Shown here: positions 19,541 to 28,928 of the stretch, in pieces
How positions within the stretch are numbered: the stretch's first letter is position 1
Layout of the letters: every line of letters begins with the position of its first letter
From: Deferribacterales bacterium
GTDB lineage: Bacteria > Chrysiogenota > Deferribacteres > Deferribacterales > Geovibrionaceae
NCBI GenBank assembly: GCA_050251945.1
Contig: JBFWLW010000001.1
Span: 32,001-96,000, forward strand
Reading direction: 5' to 3'
Length of the DNA stretch: 64,000 nt
Position numbers and translations under genes: made by a program
The notes under the pieces: model-generated
What the model was told of the DNA's origin: nothing
Database searches by the model: none
Seen by the model: only the letters and a program-made list of their open reading frames with translations

Positions 19541-20091
19541 TACTGACTCCTGTCTAAAATGCCGTCAACAAGTTCCACCGAAGGAACCTTGGCAGTATAA
19601 ATAATTTGTTTATTTGCATCAATAAGAAAGAAATGAGGCCAGATCGAAAGCCCATACTCTGTCTGTGCTTGTTTATTATTGCTTGAATACACATTATTTT
19701 CAAGGATTTTATACCTTGAATCGGATAATTTTTCTCGTATGATATCTTTTTGTTTGCCGCTATCTGTTATGATGATAAGCTTTGCTTTGTTTATTTTGTC
19801 TATGCTCTTGAGATAAGGCATATTTCTCAGATAAAGGTGAGTGTACATTCCGCCTGAGAGGAAGGTGTTAGTATTAAAAAACACCAGCATAACGGGTTCT
19901 TTAATGTCGTAAAGATTGAATTTTTCACCGCTCATTGTCTCAAATGCAAGATCGGGAGCCTTAGCACCTATTTTAAGAGCGTTCGGGTTTGCCCTATAGT
20001 GAAAAAGCATAAAAAAACTTATGCCCACGGCTACGAATACCAGTGTGCTTTTTCTGCTTACCAGTCTGCGCAGTTTTTCACAGCATCTCAT
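19540..20091 (-). CDS. Membrane-anchored thioredoxin-fold (TlpA/redoxin-like) protein lacking CXXC
   Basis: TM anchor, LKIGAKAPD..F....GEKFNL, VMLVFF, WPHFFLID; no Cys in the catalytic position. Confidence 0.7.
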   Translation of the reverse strand: MRCCEKLRRLVSRKSTLVFVAVGISFFMLFHYRANPNALKIGAKAPDLAFETMSGEKFNLYDIKEPVMLVFFNTNTFLSGGMYTHLYLRNMPYLKSIDKINKAKLIIITDSGKQKDIIREKLSDSRYKILENNVYSSNNKQAQTEYGLSIWPHFFLIDANKQIIYTAKVPSVELVDGILDRSQ

Positions 20092-20912
20092 TTGTGTATT
20101 TTAAGGCTCATGTCTACGCTGACCGCCTGATGGGTGAGCGCTCCGACAGATATGTAGTCTATATCAAGATAACGGAATTCTTTAAGGCGTTCTTTCTTTA
20201 TACCGCCTGAAAGTTCTATTTTGGAGCGTTTGGCTATAACTTCTATTGCCGACTGCATATCCTCCAGTCTGAAGTTGTCCAGCATGATGATATCTGCGCC
20301 CGCTTCCGCCGCCTCTTTCGCTTCGGCAAGATTGCGGACTTCAACTTCTATTTTGACTGTGCTGGGGATACTTTTCTGAACCAGACGTACAGCCGCCGTT
20401 ATGCCGCCTGCCGCGTCAACGTGGTTGTCTTTCAGCATAACTCCGTCGAAAAGACCCATGCGGTGGTTGTTTCCTCCGCCTATGAGTACAGCGTATTTTT
20501 CCATTACCCGCCAGCCGGGGGTGGTCTTTCTGGTGTCGAGAATCTTTATGCCGGTTCCTTCAAGCTCTTTAACGTATGCGGCTGTGTTTGTCGCGATGCC
20601 GGAGAGTCTCTGAAGAAAATTGAGAGACGTTCTTTCTCCTGAAAGTATGGAGTAAACAGGACCTGTAACCTCGCCGAATATTTCGCCTTTTTTTATGAAA
20701 TCGCCGTCGTTCTTAAAGAAAACGGTGTCTATTCCAGCGTTAAGTTCATTGAAGACTATGCGGGCGGTCTTTGTTCCGCAGAGGATGAAATCCTCTTTGG
20801 CAAGATATCCGAAGACGCTCAGCTTTTCATAATCGCGGAACGCTTTCGCTGTCAAATCGCCTGTGCCTATGTCCTCTTCAAGGGCGAGCCTTACAAGTTT
20901 TTCTCTCAGCAT
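20088..20912 (-). CDS. nadC: Nicotinate-nucleotide diphosphorylase (QPRTase)
   Basis: ALEEDIG.GDLT, ERTSLNFLQRLSGIAT, DTRKTTPG, NHRMGL.D..MLKDNH, IMLDN. Confidence 0.96.
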   Translation of the reverse strand: MLREKLVRLALEEDIGTGDLTAKAFRDYEKLSVFGYLAKEDFILCGTKTARIVFNELNAGIDTVFFKNDGDFIKKGEIFGEVTGPVYSILSGERTSLNFLQRLSGIATNTAAYVKELEGTGIKILDTRKTTPGWRVMEKYAVLIGGGNNHRMGLFDGVMLKDNHVDAAGGITAAVRLVQKSIPSTVKIEVEVRNLAEAKEAAEAGADIIMLDNFRLEDMQSAIEVIAKRSKIELSGGIKKERLKEFRYLDIDYISVGALTHQAVSVDMSLKIHK

Positions 20913-23521
20913 TGTTCTCTCAGCCTCTCTATGGTTTCTTTAACCTTGGTCATTTTATCATCTATTTCGGCAAATTTCTCTTTATCCTTCTCAATAACTT
21001 CGGGTCGGGCGTTTTTGAGATAGTTTTCATTTTTGAGTTTGCCGCCGTAGATGTTCGCATCTTTTTCGAGTTTAGCCAGTTCTTTTTCCAGCTTTGAAAC
21101 CTCCGCCGCAAAGTCCACAAGCCCTTCAAGGGAAACGTAAACCTCGAAAGAGGGTGCGATGTTCTGCGAAGCCTTTTCAACTGCCGTGTCGGTCATTTCC
21201 AGCGTTTCCAGTTTCGCAAGGTTCATCACCATATCTTTATACTTGGTGAAAGCGGTTCTGGTAAGCTCTTTATCTGTTTTGACATATGCTTTGAGCTGTT
21301 TTGACATGGAGACGTTATATTCGCCGCGGATGTTGCGGATAAGCCCGATAAGCCCGATTATTTCTTCCATCTCCTTCATCTCTTCTTCGTATGCGAAGCC
21401 GAATTTTTCCCATTCGGCAAGCATAACCGATTCCTTTTCAGTGACAAGTTTATAGATATATTCTGTCACGAAAGGCATGAAGGGGTGCATAAGCACCAGT
21501 GATTTTTCGATAACATATGCCGCAACTGCGTACGCGTCGTCTTTTTTGGTTTCGTCGTAAATTCTGGGTTTGATAAGCTCTATGTACCAGTCGCAGAATT
21601 TGTGCCAGAAGAAGTGGTAAACGGCGAGCGCCGCCTCGTTGAAGTCGTAGTTTACAACCGCTTTGGATACTTTTTCCTCGGTTTCTTTCAGATTTTGCAG
21701 TATCCACTTGTCCTCAAGGGAGAGTTTTGTGTCCGCAGTGAATTTCTGACCCTCGTAACCTGTGAGTATGAAGCGCGAAGCGTTCCATATCTTGTTAACG
21801 AAGTTGCGGTAACCGTCGATGCGTGCCTCATCCAGTTTTATGTCCCTTCCCTGTGCGGCGAAGGCGGCGAGGGTGAAGCGGAATGCGTCGGCGCCGTATT
21901 TGTCTATCATTGTGAGGGGGTCGATAACGTTCCCCTTGGATTTGCTCATTTTCTGTCCGTCTTTATCACGGATAAGTGCGTGGAGGTAAACCTCTTTGAA
22001 AGGCTCTTTATCCATGAATTTCAGACCGAACATCATCATTCGGGCAACCCAGAAGAACAGGATGTCAAAGCCCGTGATGAGTGTGGACGTGGGATAGAAT
22101 TTTTTAAGCGTATCGGTGTTTTCCGGCCAGCCCTGTGTGGAGAAAGGCCAGAGACCGGAGGAAAACCATGTGTCGAGAACGTCCGTTTCCTGCTCAAGGT
22201 GCGTGCTTCCACAGCGTGAGCATTTTTCGGGGGTCTCCTCTTCGACCATTATCTCACCGCATTTGCAGTACCATGCCGGGATACGGTGTCCCCACCATAT
22301 CTGTCTGGATATGCACCAGTCGCGGATGTCGTTCATCCAGTTGTAGAAAGTTTTATTCCATGTTTCAGGTTTTATAACTATTTGTCCGTTTTGAACCGCT
22401 TTAACGGCTTCGTCGGACATCCCTTTGATTTTCAGGAACCATTGAAGGCTGATTCTGGGCTCGATAACGGTTTTACATCTGTAGCAGTGACCGACCTTGT
22501 GCTGGTGAGCCTTTTTCGCAACGAAAAGCCCCTGTTCCGCAAGTTTCACAACAACTGCCTTTCGCGCCTCGAATCTGTCCATGCCTTTGAACCCGCCGCC
22601 GTTCTCGTTGATAACGGCGTTTTCGTCCATAACGCTGATGTTTTCCAGTTTGTGTTTCATTCCGAGCAAAAAGTCGTTGGGATCGTGCGCAGGGGTAACC
22701 TTAAGGCATCCCGTGCCGAACTCCATATCGACGTATTCATCGCCGATTATGGGTATCTCGCGGTTTACCAGAGGCAGGATAACCGTTTTGCCTATAAGGT
22801 GTTTATATCTGTCGTCGTTGGGGTTGACAGCAACCGCTGTGTCGCCGAGCATTGTTTCGGGACGGGTTGTGGCTACCTCAAGTTTAATGTCAGTACCTTT
22901 AACGGGGTAATAGATATGATAGAATGCGCCCTCTATCTCTTCGTGTTCGACCTCAAGGTCGGAAAGCGCGGTGTGGCACCTGGGGCACCAGTTTACTATA
23001 TAGTCCGAACGGTATATAAGCCCTTCTTTGTATAGTGTTACAAATACCTTGCGTACTGCTTTGCTTAAGCCTTCGTCCATGGTGAACCTTTCTCTATCCC
23101 AGTCGCAAGCGCAGCCGAGGCGTTTGAGCTGATTGATGATGGTGCCGCCGGACTGTGCTTTCCATTCCCAGACGCGTTCGATGAATTTTTCACGTCCGAG
23201 AGCGTGTCTGTCCGTGCCTTCAGACGCGAGCAGGCGCTCCACAACGTTCTGGGTTGCGATACCCGCGTGGTCGGTGCCGGGCATCCACATGGTTTCGTAT
23301 CCGTTCAGCTTGTGAAAGCGGATCATGATATCCTGTAAGGTATTGTTAAGAGCGTGTCCCATGTGCAGAGAGCCTGTTACATTGGGGGGCGGGATGACTA
23401 TGGAATATGGCGGCTTTTCGCTGTGTTCGTCAGCGTGAAAGTACTTTTTATCTGTCCATTCCTTATATAGTTCCGCCTCAAATTCCGATGGGTCGATTCG
23501 CGTGGGGTATTCTTTCTGCAT
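20906..23521 (-). CDS. valS: Valine--tRNA ligase
   Basis: PPPNVTGSLHMGH, DWCISRQIWWGH, KMSKS, C-terminal coiled coil. Confidence 0.98.
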   Translation of the reverse strand: MQKEYPTRIDPSEFEAELYKEWTDKKYFHADEHSEKPPYSIVIPPPNVTGSLHMGHALNNTLQDIMIRFHKLNGYETMWMPGTDHAGIATQNVVERLLASEGTDRHALGREKFIERVWEWKAQSGGTIINQLKRLGCACDWDRERFTMDEGLSKAVRKVFVTLYKEGLIYRSDYIVNWCPRCHTALSDLEVEHEEIEGAFYHIYYPVKGTDIKLEVATTRPETMLGDTAVAVNPNDDRYKHLIGKTVILPLVNREIPIIGDEYVDMEFGTGCLKVTPAHDPNDFLLGMKHKLENISVMDENAVINENGGGFKGMDRFEARKAVVVKLAEQGLFVAKKAHQHKVGHCYRCKTVIEPRISLQWFLKIKGMSDEAVKAVQNGQIVIKPETWNKTFYNWMNDIRDWCISRQIWWGHRIPAWYCKCGEIMVEEETPEKCSRCGSTHLEQETDVLDTWFSSGLWPFSTQGWPENTDTLKKFYPTSTLITGFDILFFWVARMMMFGLKFMDKEPFKEVYLHALIRDKDGQKMSKSKGNVIDPLTMIDKYGADAFRFTLAAFAAQGRDIKLDEARIDGYRNFVNKIWNASRFILTGYEGQKFTADTKLSLEDKWILQNLKETEEKVSKAVVNYDFNEAALAVYHFFWHKFCDWYIELIKPRIYDETKKDDAYAVAAYVIEKSLVLMHPFMPFVTEYIYKLVTEKESVMLAEWEKFGFAYEEEMKEMEEIIGLIGLIRNIRGEYNVSMSKQLKAYVKTDKELTRTAFTKYKDMVMNLAKLETLEMTDTAVEKASQNIAPSFEVYVSLEGLVDFAAEVSKLEKELAKLEKDANIYGGKLKNENYLKNARPEVIEKDKEKFAEIDDKMTKVKETIERLREQC

Positions 23522-23541
23522 CAGGGGTTGTCTCCGTATAT

Positions 23542-23814
23542 TTATGAAAGTCTGGATTTGTTGTCTGCCGTGCCCATAGCCGAGTTTACCTTTTCGTTGA
23601 GGTCGAGGAGGTATTTCTCCAGTGTCAGAAGCCTGAGCCGCTGATTCTTTTTCTCATGCTCGGTTATGCCTATTTCCGCAAGTTTATTGTATGTATCCTC
23701 TATCTCCTGAAGGATGAGGTTAAGATCCTCAAGTCCGTTTTTGAGAATGACGATACGCTGCATCTCATCATCCGAAAGCTGGCTGAAAAGATCAGTTGCG
23801 GAATTTTTTTTCAT
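23542..23814 (-). CDS. Small hypothetical coiled-coil protein
   Basis: 90-aa ORF with GGAG RBS inside the operon. Confidence 0.65.
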   Translation of the reverse strand: MKKNSATDLFSQLSDDEMQRIVILKNGLEDLNLILQEIEDTYNKLAEIGITEHEKKNQRLRLLTLEKYLLDLNEKVNSAMGTADNKSRLS

Positions 23815-24022
23815 TCACATCTCCGTCGGCGTATATGTCAGTGTCGATATCATCAATTTCGTATTCAAGTTCTCCCTCGGGGATTATCTTGTCAAAAACT
23901 TCAGTACAGAACTGGCATTCGTAATGGTGTATCACCCAGAGTGAGCTGTCCACCATTATTTCCGTGGGTTCAAGCTCTTCGAGCCTTTTCTCTCCGCAAT
24001 AGGGGCATATTTGTGGTTTCAT
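23792..24022 (-). CDS. Small zinc-ribbon protein with acidic tail
   Basis: CPYC...YECQFC; ATGA overlap with the tsaE stop. Confidence 0.7.
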   Translation of the reverse strand: MKPQICPYCGEKRLEELEPTEIMVDSSLWVIHHYECQFCTEVFDKIIPEGELEYEIDDIDTDIYADGDVNEKKFRN

Positions 24023-24441
24023 AAGCAATCTGTCACCGCCGTAATTTGTCTTTTGTTTGTGTCTAACACAGTTATATTGATTTCGATATAATTTTCAAGC
24101 TCATCATGCAGATTAAATTTTTCCGCCCACTCGACAAAGCAGGTGTCGCCGCTTTCAACTATGCCCCAGAAGTCGATATTCTCAAGCTCGTCGAAGCTGT
24201 TCAGCCTGTAAAGGTCGAAATGGCGGATGGTTATGTCGCCGTCGTACTGCTGGTGCAGGGTAAACGTTGGGCTGGAAGCCTGTGTGCAGTGAAAATGTTC
24301 CGCTATGCACTTTACAAAGAAGGTTTTTCCCGCGCCTAATTTTCCGTTGAGAAGCACCACTCTGCCTTTAAGAAGCTCCGCCGCCTCTTCGGCAAATTTT
24401 CTGGTGTCTTCCTCGTTTTCAAGAATTCTGTTCCAGTTCAT
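24019..24441 (-). CDS. tsaE: tRNA t6A biosynthesis ATPase TsaE
   Basis: GKLGAGKT, SSPTFTL, HFDLYRL, VEWAE. Confidence 0.96.
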   Translation of the reverse strand: MNWNRILENEEDTRKFAEEAAELLKGRVVLLNGKLGAGKTFFVKCIAEHFHCTQASSPTFTLHQQYDGDITIRHFDLYRLNSFDELENIDFWGIVESGDTCFVEWAEKFNLHDELENYIEINITVLDTNKRQITAVTDCL

Positions 24442-25933
24442 TCAGCACGCGTCCGACAGTATTTATTATATCCGTGGTCATAACGGTTTTTTCGTTCATA
24501 GTCTCAAGCACCAGTTCAGCCGCTCTGCCCAGTGTAAAGCTGCCTAACATACAGGCAAAATCAAGGTCGTATCCCTGCGCGGCGTATCCTGTTATAAGCC
24601 CTGTGAGGCAGTCGCCGCTTCCGCCCTTGCTGAGAGCCGGCGAACCGGATATGTCAACGAAGACCAGCCCGTTTGGGAGCGCTATGAGAGTATCTGCGCT
24701 TTTCAGCACTACGATAATGCCGTTGTCGCTTGCGAAGTTACTGGCAAGATTTATCCTGTCGCGGTTGACCTCTTCTGTCGTCAGCCCCGTCAGTCTTGCA
24801 AATTCGCCTATGTGGGGTGTGATAGCACATCTGCCGGCAAGTTTTTTGAGCTGCTTCTTTTTGAGCAGGTTTATTCCGTCCGCATCTATTATGAGCGGCA
24901 GTTTTGTTTTGTTTATCAGTCTGCCCAGAAACTCTGCCGTTTCGTCGGCTGTGCCGATTCCCATGCCGATTGAGGCAACTGACTTGTTCTCAAGGAAATC
25001 CGCCAGTTTGTCCGTTCCGTCCGCGGTGAAAAAATCGCCTTCGCCCACAGGCAGCGACATTATTTCCGGGTTGGAATTTTCTGCTGTGCGGATAAGCCCT
25101 TTCGGGACAGCCGCCGTAGTAAGCCCTGCTCCGCAAACCGCACATGCTCGTGACGCCATAAGCACCGCACCGGATTTACCGATACTTCCGCCGATAACAA
25201 CGGCGTGACCGAAATTGCCCTTGTGGCTGTCAGGTTCTCTGGGAGTGACAACCGGAAGGTTTTCCGGCGTCAGAAGATACGTGTGGCAACCGGTTATTGC
25301 AAAATCCGGAATTGATATATCAACTATTATAACCTCTCCGCAGAGTTTGCGGGCGGGGTACATAACATGCGGGAATTTGGGACGTGCAAAAGTTACCGTA
25401 AGGTCGGCATCCACTGCCGTGCCGATAGTGAGCCATGTATCGCCGCAAAGTCCGCTGGGTATATCCACCGATGCAGTAAATTCCGCCGACAGGTTTATGC
25501 TGTTCACCAGCTCTTCCAGATATCCCGAAAGAGGGCGTGTCAGCCCTGTGCCGAAGAGCGCGTCGACAGTCACATCGTAGCTTTCAAATGAAGGTATCTC
25601 TTCGTCTGTTATGGCGAATATGTTTATCGGATAGTTCTTCAGTATGTTAAGGTTAAGCAGTGCGTCCCCTTTTAGTTTTTCGGGGTCGCAGGCAAGGTAA
25701 ACGTCGGTATGTATGCCTGCGTTGCAGAGAAGTCTTGCCGCTGCCAGTCCGTCGCCGCCGTTGTTTCCGCTTCCGCAGATAACAGCCGCAGATGTCATTT
25801 CGGGCATCTTTTCCAGAAGCACGCGGACAAAAGCGCCGGATGCGTTTTCCATCAGAACTGCCGAAGGAATACCTATGTTGTTGATGGCGAAGCTGTCGGC
25901 TTTAGCCATCTGAAAGGAGCTCAGTATCTCCAT
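24419..25933 (-). CDS. nnr: Bifunctional NAD(P)H-hydrate epimerase/dehydratase
   Basis: LMENAS, GSGNNGGDG, DALFGTG, DIPSG, SHKGNFG, DADG, TPHIGEF, GGSGDCL; ATG at 25933. Confidence 0.95.
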   Translation of the reverse strand: MEILSSFQMAKADSFAINNIGIPSAVLMENASGAFVRVLLEKMPEMTSAAVICGSGNNGGDGLAAARLLCNAGIHTDVYLACDPEKLKGDALLNLNILKNYPINIFAITDEEIPSFESYDVTVDALFGTGLTRPLSGYLEELVNSINLSAEFTASVDIPSGLCGDTWLTIGTAVDADLTVTFARPKFPHVMYPARKLCGEVIIVDISIPDFAITGCHTYLLTPENLPVVTPREPDSHKGNFGHAVVIGGSIGKSGAVLMASRACAVCGAGLTTAAVPKGLIRTAENSNPEIMSLPVGEGDFFTADGTDKLADFLENKSVASIGMGIGTADETAEFLGRLINKTKLPLIIDADGINLLKKKQLKKLAGRCAITPHIGEFARLTGLTTEEVNRDRINLASNFASDNGIIVVLKSADTLIALPNGLVFVDISGSPALSKGGSGDCLTGLITGYAAQGYDLDFACMLGSFTLGRAAELVLETMNEKTVMTTDIINTVGRVLNELEQNS

Positions 25934-25934
25934 G

Positions 25935-26117
25935 TCAGTATCCGCCTGTGTCTTCCACCTGTTTTGCCTCGTCAATGAGCATCACGGGGATACCCTCGCG
26001 GATTTCGTAAAGGAGTTTGCACGAATCGCATACGATATATTTTTCGTCTTTTGATTCCCTGACAGGTTGTTTGCATTTGGGACATGCCAAAACGTCAAGA
26101 AGCTCTTTCTTTATCAT
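25935..26117 (-). CDS. Trm112 family (YcaR-like) protein
   Basis: LLDVLACPKCK...C..C.L.Y.IREGIPVML.DEA. Confidence 0.93.
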   Translation of the reverse strand: MIKKELLDVLACPKCKQPVRESKDEKYIVCDSCKLLYEIREGIPVMLIDEAKQVEDTGGY

Positions 26118-26179
26118 AAGTCACCTTAAGAATTATGTTTGTGTGTCAATTTAGAGCAATTTACGGATAAATACAAGGA

Positions 26180-27898
26180 TTACAGCAGTTCAATTTCAGG
26201 TTTGCCGAAATAGTAGCCCTGAACGTAGTCCACGCCGAGTTCCTTCATCAGCCCGTAAATTTCTTCGGATGAAACAAATTCTCCGATGGTCTTTATACCC
26301 GCTCTGTGACACATGCTTACGATGGTTTCGGTGAGCAGTCTTGCGCGTTTTGAGTCGAGTATCTGGCGTGTTATCGAACCGTCTATTTTAAGGAAGTCCG
26401 GCTGGAGGGAAAGGATATACATGAAGTTTGAATAGCCTGTGCCGAAATCGTCGATGGCTATCAGACATCCTTCCTGTTTCGCTTTGCTCACAAAGGCAGC
26501 AAGCTCGCTGAGGTTGTCTATTCCTTCCGATTCCGTTATCTCGATTGTCACTCTGCCCTGAAGACCGTATTTGCGTACCGCCTCGAAAAGCTTTGTGTGC
26601 ATTTTTGGGTTAAGCACGTCCTCTTTATCGAAGTTGAACGAGATGCGTTTGTCGGTATCCTTTATCTTGTCGATGGTCTTCATAAGCATTATGGAAGACA
26701 GGTCGTTGTAAAGCTTAAGCTGTTTGGAAAGCTCAAGAAAACACATCGGCGGGATGAACTTGCCGCTTTCGTCCTGAATACGGATGAGTGCTTCGTGCTT
26801 GAATATCTTTCCGGTGGCAGTATCGGCGATGGGCTGGAAATGTGGAACAACTCTGTCGAGCCGCACGGCGTCGCGCAGGGCGGTTGTATACTGTATCGTT
26901 TCGCGCATCTGTTCCGCTACCTGATGAACTTCGGAATAGGTTGTGAGTGTCTTTTTGTTCTGTCTCGCCTGCTTAATTGCCATTCCGGCTTTGACCAGCG
27001 GGTTGTCGTGTCCGAGAGCCGTGCCTGACGTCAGGTTGAGCTGTATCTCGTTGCCGTCTGAGTGAAACCGGTGTTCGGTTATCTCATGCATAATATTTTT
27101 GATGGTAAGGTTAAATGCGTCAATATCTTTCATGCCTTCGGCGAGAACAGCGAATTCGTCGCCGCTCAGCCTGTATGCGGTCATTGAAAGATCAAGTTTG
27201 TTTTTCAGCAGGCTGGCGAAATCAATCAGTATCTCGTCACCCGATTCAAGACCGTAATATGTGTTTATAGTGCTGAACGAGTCGATATTTATGATGGCGA
27301 GCGCCGGTTCCTCTATTTTTTCAAGGTCAAGGCGCATCCTTGTTCTGTTGGGAAAACCTGTGAGCGGGTCTGTGTACTGTTTCTTTATCTGTTCCTGCTG
27401 AACGTACACTTCCGTGAGGTCTTTGCGTATGGAGAGATATTCGGTTATGCGGTTGTTGTCGTCGCGTATGGGGACAACGGACGTTTCAAGGTATACCGTG
27501 TGTCCGTCCTTCGCCTGATTCAGTATCATCCCCGACCATATCTGACCTTCCTGAAGTGTCGAGAACATCTCTTCATAGGTTTTCTGCGGGGTGTCGGGGT
27601 GAGAGAGAATGTCGTATCTGCTTCCTACCACTTCGTCGAACATATAGCCCACTGCGTTCAGATACGCTCTGTTTATGTATTTCATAATGCCTGCGGTGTC
27701 CATCACACACATGAGGTTTGAAGCGTCAACCCCGCTGAGATATTGCTGTATACGGGCGTTTGCCGCCTTCAGTTTCTTATTGGTTTCCGCCATTTTTTTC
27801 TTTTGTCTTACAAAATACAGAGTGAAAAGGAGGGCAGAAATCAACTGTGATATCACGAGGAATACCAGCACTACACTCAAAGACAGAAGACCAGACAT
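26180..27898 (-). CDS. PAS-GGDEF-EAL c-di-GMP signalling protein
   Basis: N-terminal TM, PAS/PAC, DPLTGFPNR, SGDEF, HEALIR, DDFGTGYSN, QGYYF. Confidence 0.93.
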   Translation of the reverse strand: MSGLLSLSVVLVFLVISQLISALLFTLYFVRQKKKMAETNKKLKAANARIQQYLSGVDASNLMCVMDTAGIMKYINRAYLNAVGYMFDEVVGSRYDILSHPDTPQKTYEEMFSTLQEGQIWSGMILNQAKDGHTVYLETSVVPIRDDNNRITEYLSIRKDLTEVYVQQEQIKKQYTDPLTGFPNRTRMRLDLEKIEEPALAIINIDSFSTINTYYGLESGDEILIDFASLLKNKLDLSMTAYRLSGDEFAVLAEGMKDIDAFNLTIKNIMHEITEHRFHSDGNEIQLNLTSGTALGHDNPLVKAGMAIKQARQNKKTLTTYSEVHQVAEQMRETIQYTTALRDAVRLDRVVPHFQPIADTATGKIFKHEALIRIQDESGKFIPPMCFLELSKQLKLYNDLSSIMLMKTIDKIKDTDKRISFNFDKEDVLNPKMHTKLFEAVRKYGLQGRVTIEITESEGIDNLSELAAFVSKAKQEGCLIAIDDFGTGYSNFMYILSLQPDFLKIDGSITRQILDSKRARLLTETIVSMCHRAGIKTIGEFVSSEEIYGLMKELGVDYVQGYYFGKPEIELL

Positions 27899-28004
27899 TA
27901 TATTGCTCCGGGACAGGCATTTTGCCTTATTAAATTAAATCACTGGAATCATAAACTATTATTATGATATATTATACTTTCAACCGTAAAGTAAAGGGTT
28001 AAAT

Positions 28005-28928
28005 ATGACGAAATCTGACGAAAACAGACTTTTTTATTCTCTGAATGATTATCTGAGAGATAAATACGGACGAAAAGTCCGTAAAATATCTGTTAATGCT
28101 GGGTTTACATGCCCGAACCGTGACGGCATGAAAGGTGAGGGCGGCTGTGCATACTGCAATGTGGATTCGTTCACCATTCCTTCGGAAAACTCAATTACAT
28201 GTCAGGTGACGGAACGTGCGGAAAAACTCCGCGCGCAGGGCGTCAACACTTTTATCCTTTATTTCCAATCATATTCAAACACTTATGCAGATATGGAAAC
28301 TATCAGAAGAAGGATGGATCTGGCGCTGGTCGATGAAGGTATAGTCTCAGTTTACATCGGAACCCGTCCCGACGTCATAGATGCGGAAAAACTGGAATAT
28401 TATGCCAAATTGAACGAAAAGTACGAAATAATGCTGGAATACGGGCTGCAGTCAGCCAATGACAACACTTTAAAGCTCATAAACAGAGGTCATACGACTG
28501 CCGAATTTGCGGATGCAGTGCGGTTAACCCACAAATACGGAATAAAGACATGCGCTCATATAATTTTCGGACTGCCGGGGGATACACGCGAGGACATGAT
28601 GCGCTCGGTGGAGCTTTGCGTTGAACTGGGTATGCACTCCATTAAATTTCATCATCTGCATGTGGTGAAAAATACTCCCCTTGCTGACTGGTACTATAAA
28701 GGCAATGTGGATCTTCTTACGCAGCAGCAGTACATTGAGATACTTGCGGAGGGAATAGGGCGGATGAAACCAGACATGGTTGTCGCCAGACTGGTGGGCG
28801 ACGCCGCTGGAGATCTGCTTATAGCTCCCATGTGGCCTCAGAATAAAGCAGAATTTACACAGGAACTTATAAAATATATGACGGAAAATGGTATATATCA
28901 GGGGTGCAGGTTTGACCATCCATTATGA
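28005..28928 (+). CDS. TIGR01212 (YhcC-like) radical SAM protein
   Basis: GFTCPNRDG...GGCAYC, YFQSYSNTYA, GTRPD, EYGLQS, HIIFGLPG. Confidence 0.93.
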   Translation: MTKSDENRLFYSLNDYLRDKYGRKVRKISVNAGFTCPNRDGMKGEGGCAYCNVDSFTIPSENSITCQVTERAEKLRAQGVNTFILYFQSYSNTYADMETIRRRMDLALVDEGIVSVYIGTRPDVIDAEKLEYYAKLNEKYEIMLEYGLQSANDNTLKLINRGHTTAEFADAVRLTHKYGIKTCAHIIFGLPGDTREDMMRSVELCVELGMHSIKFHHLHVVKNTPLADWYYKGNVDLLTQQQYIEILAEGIGRMKPDMVVARLVGDAAGDLLIAPMWPQNKAEFTQELIKYMTENGIYQGCRFDHPL

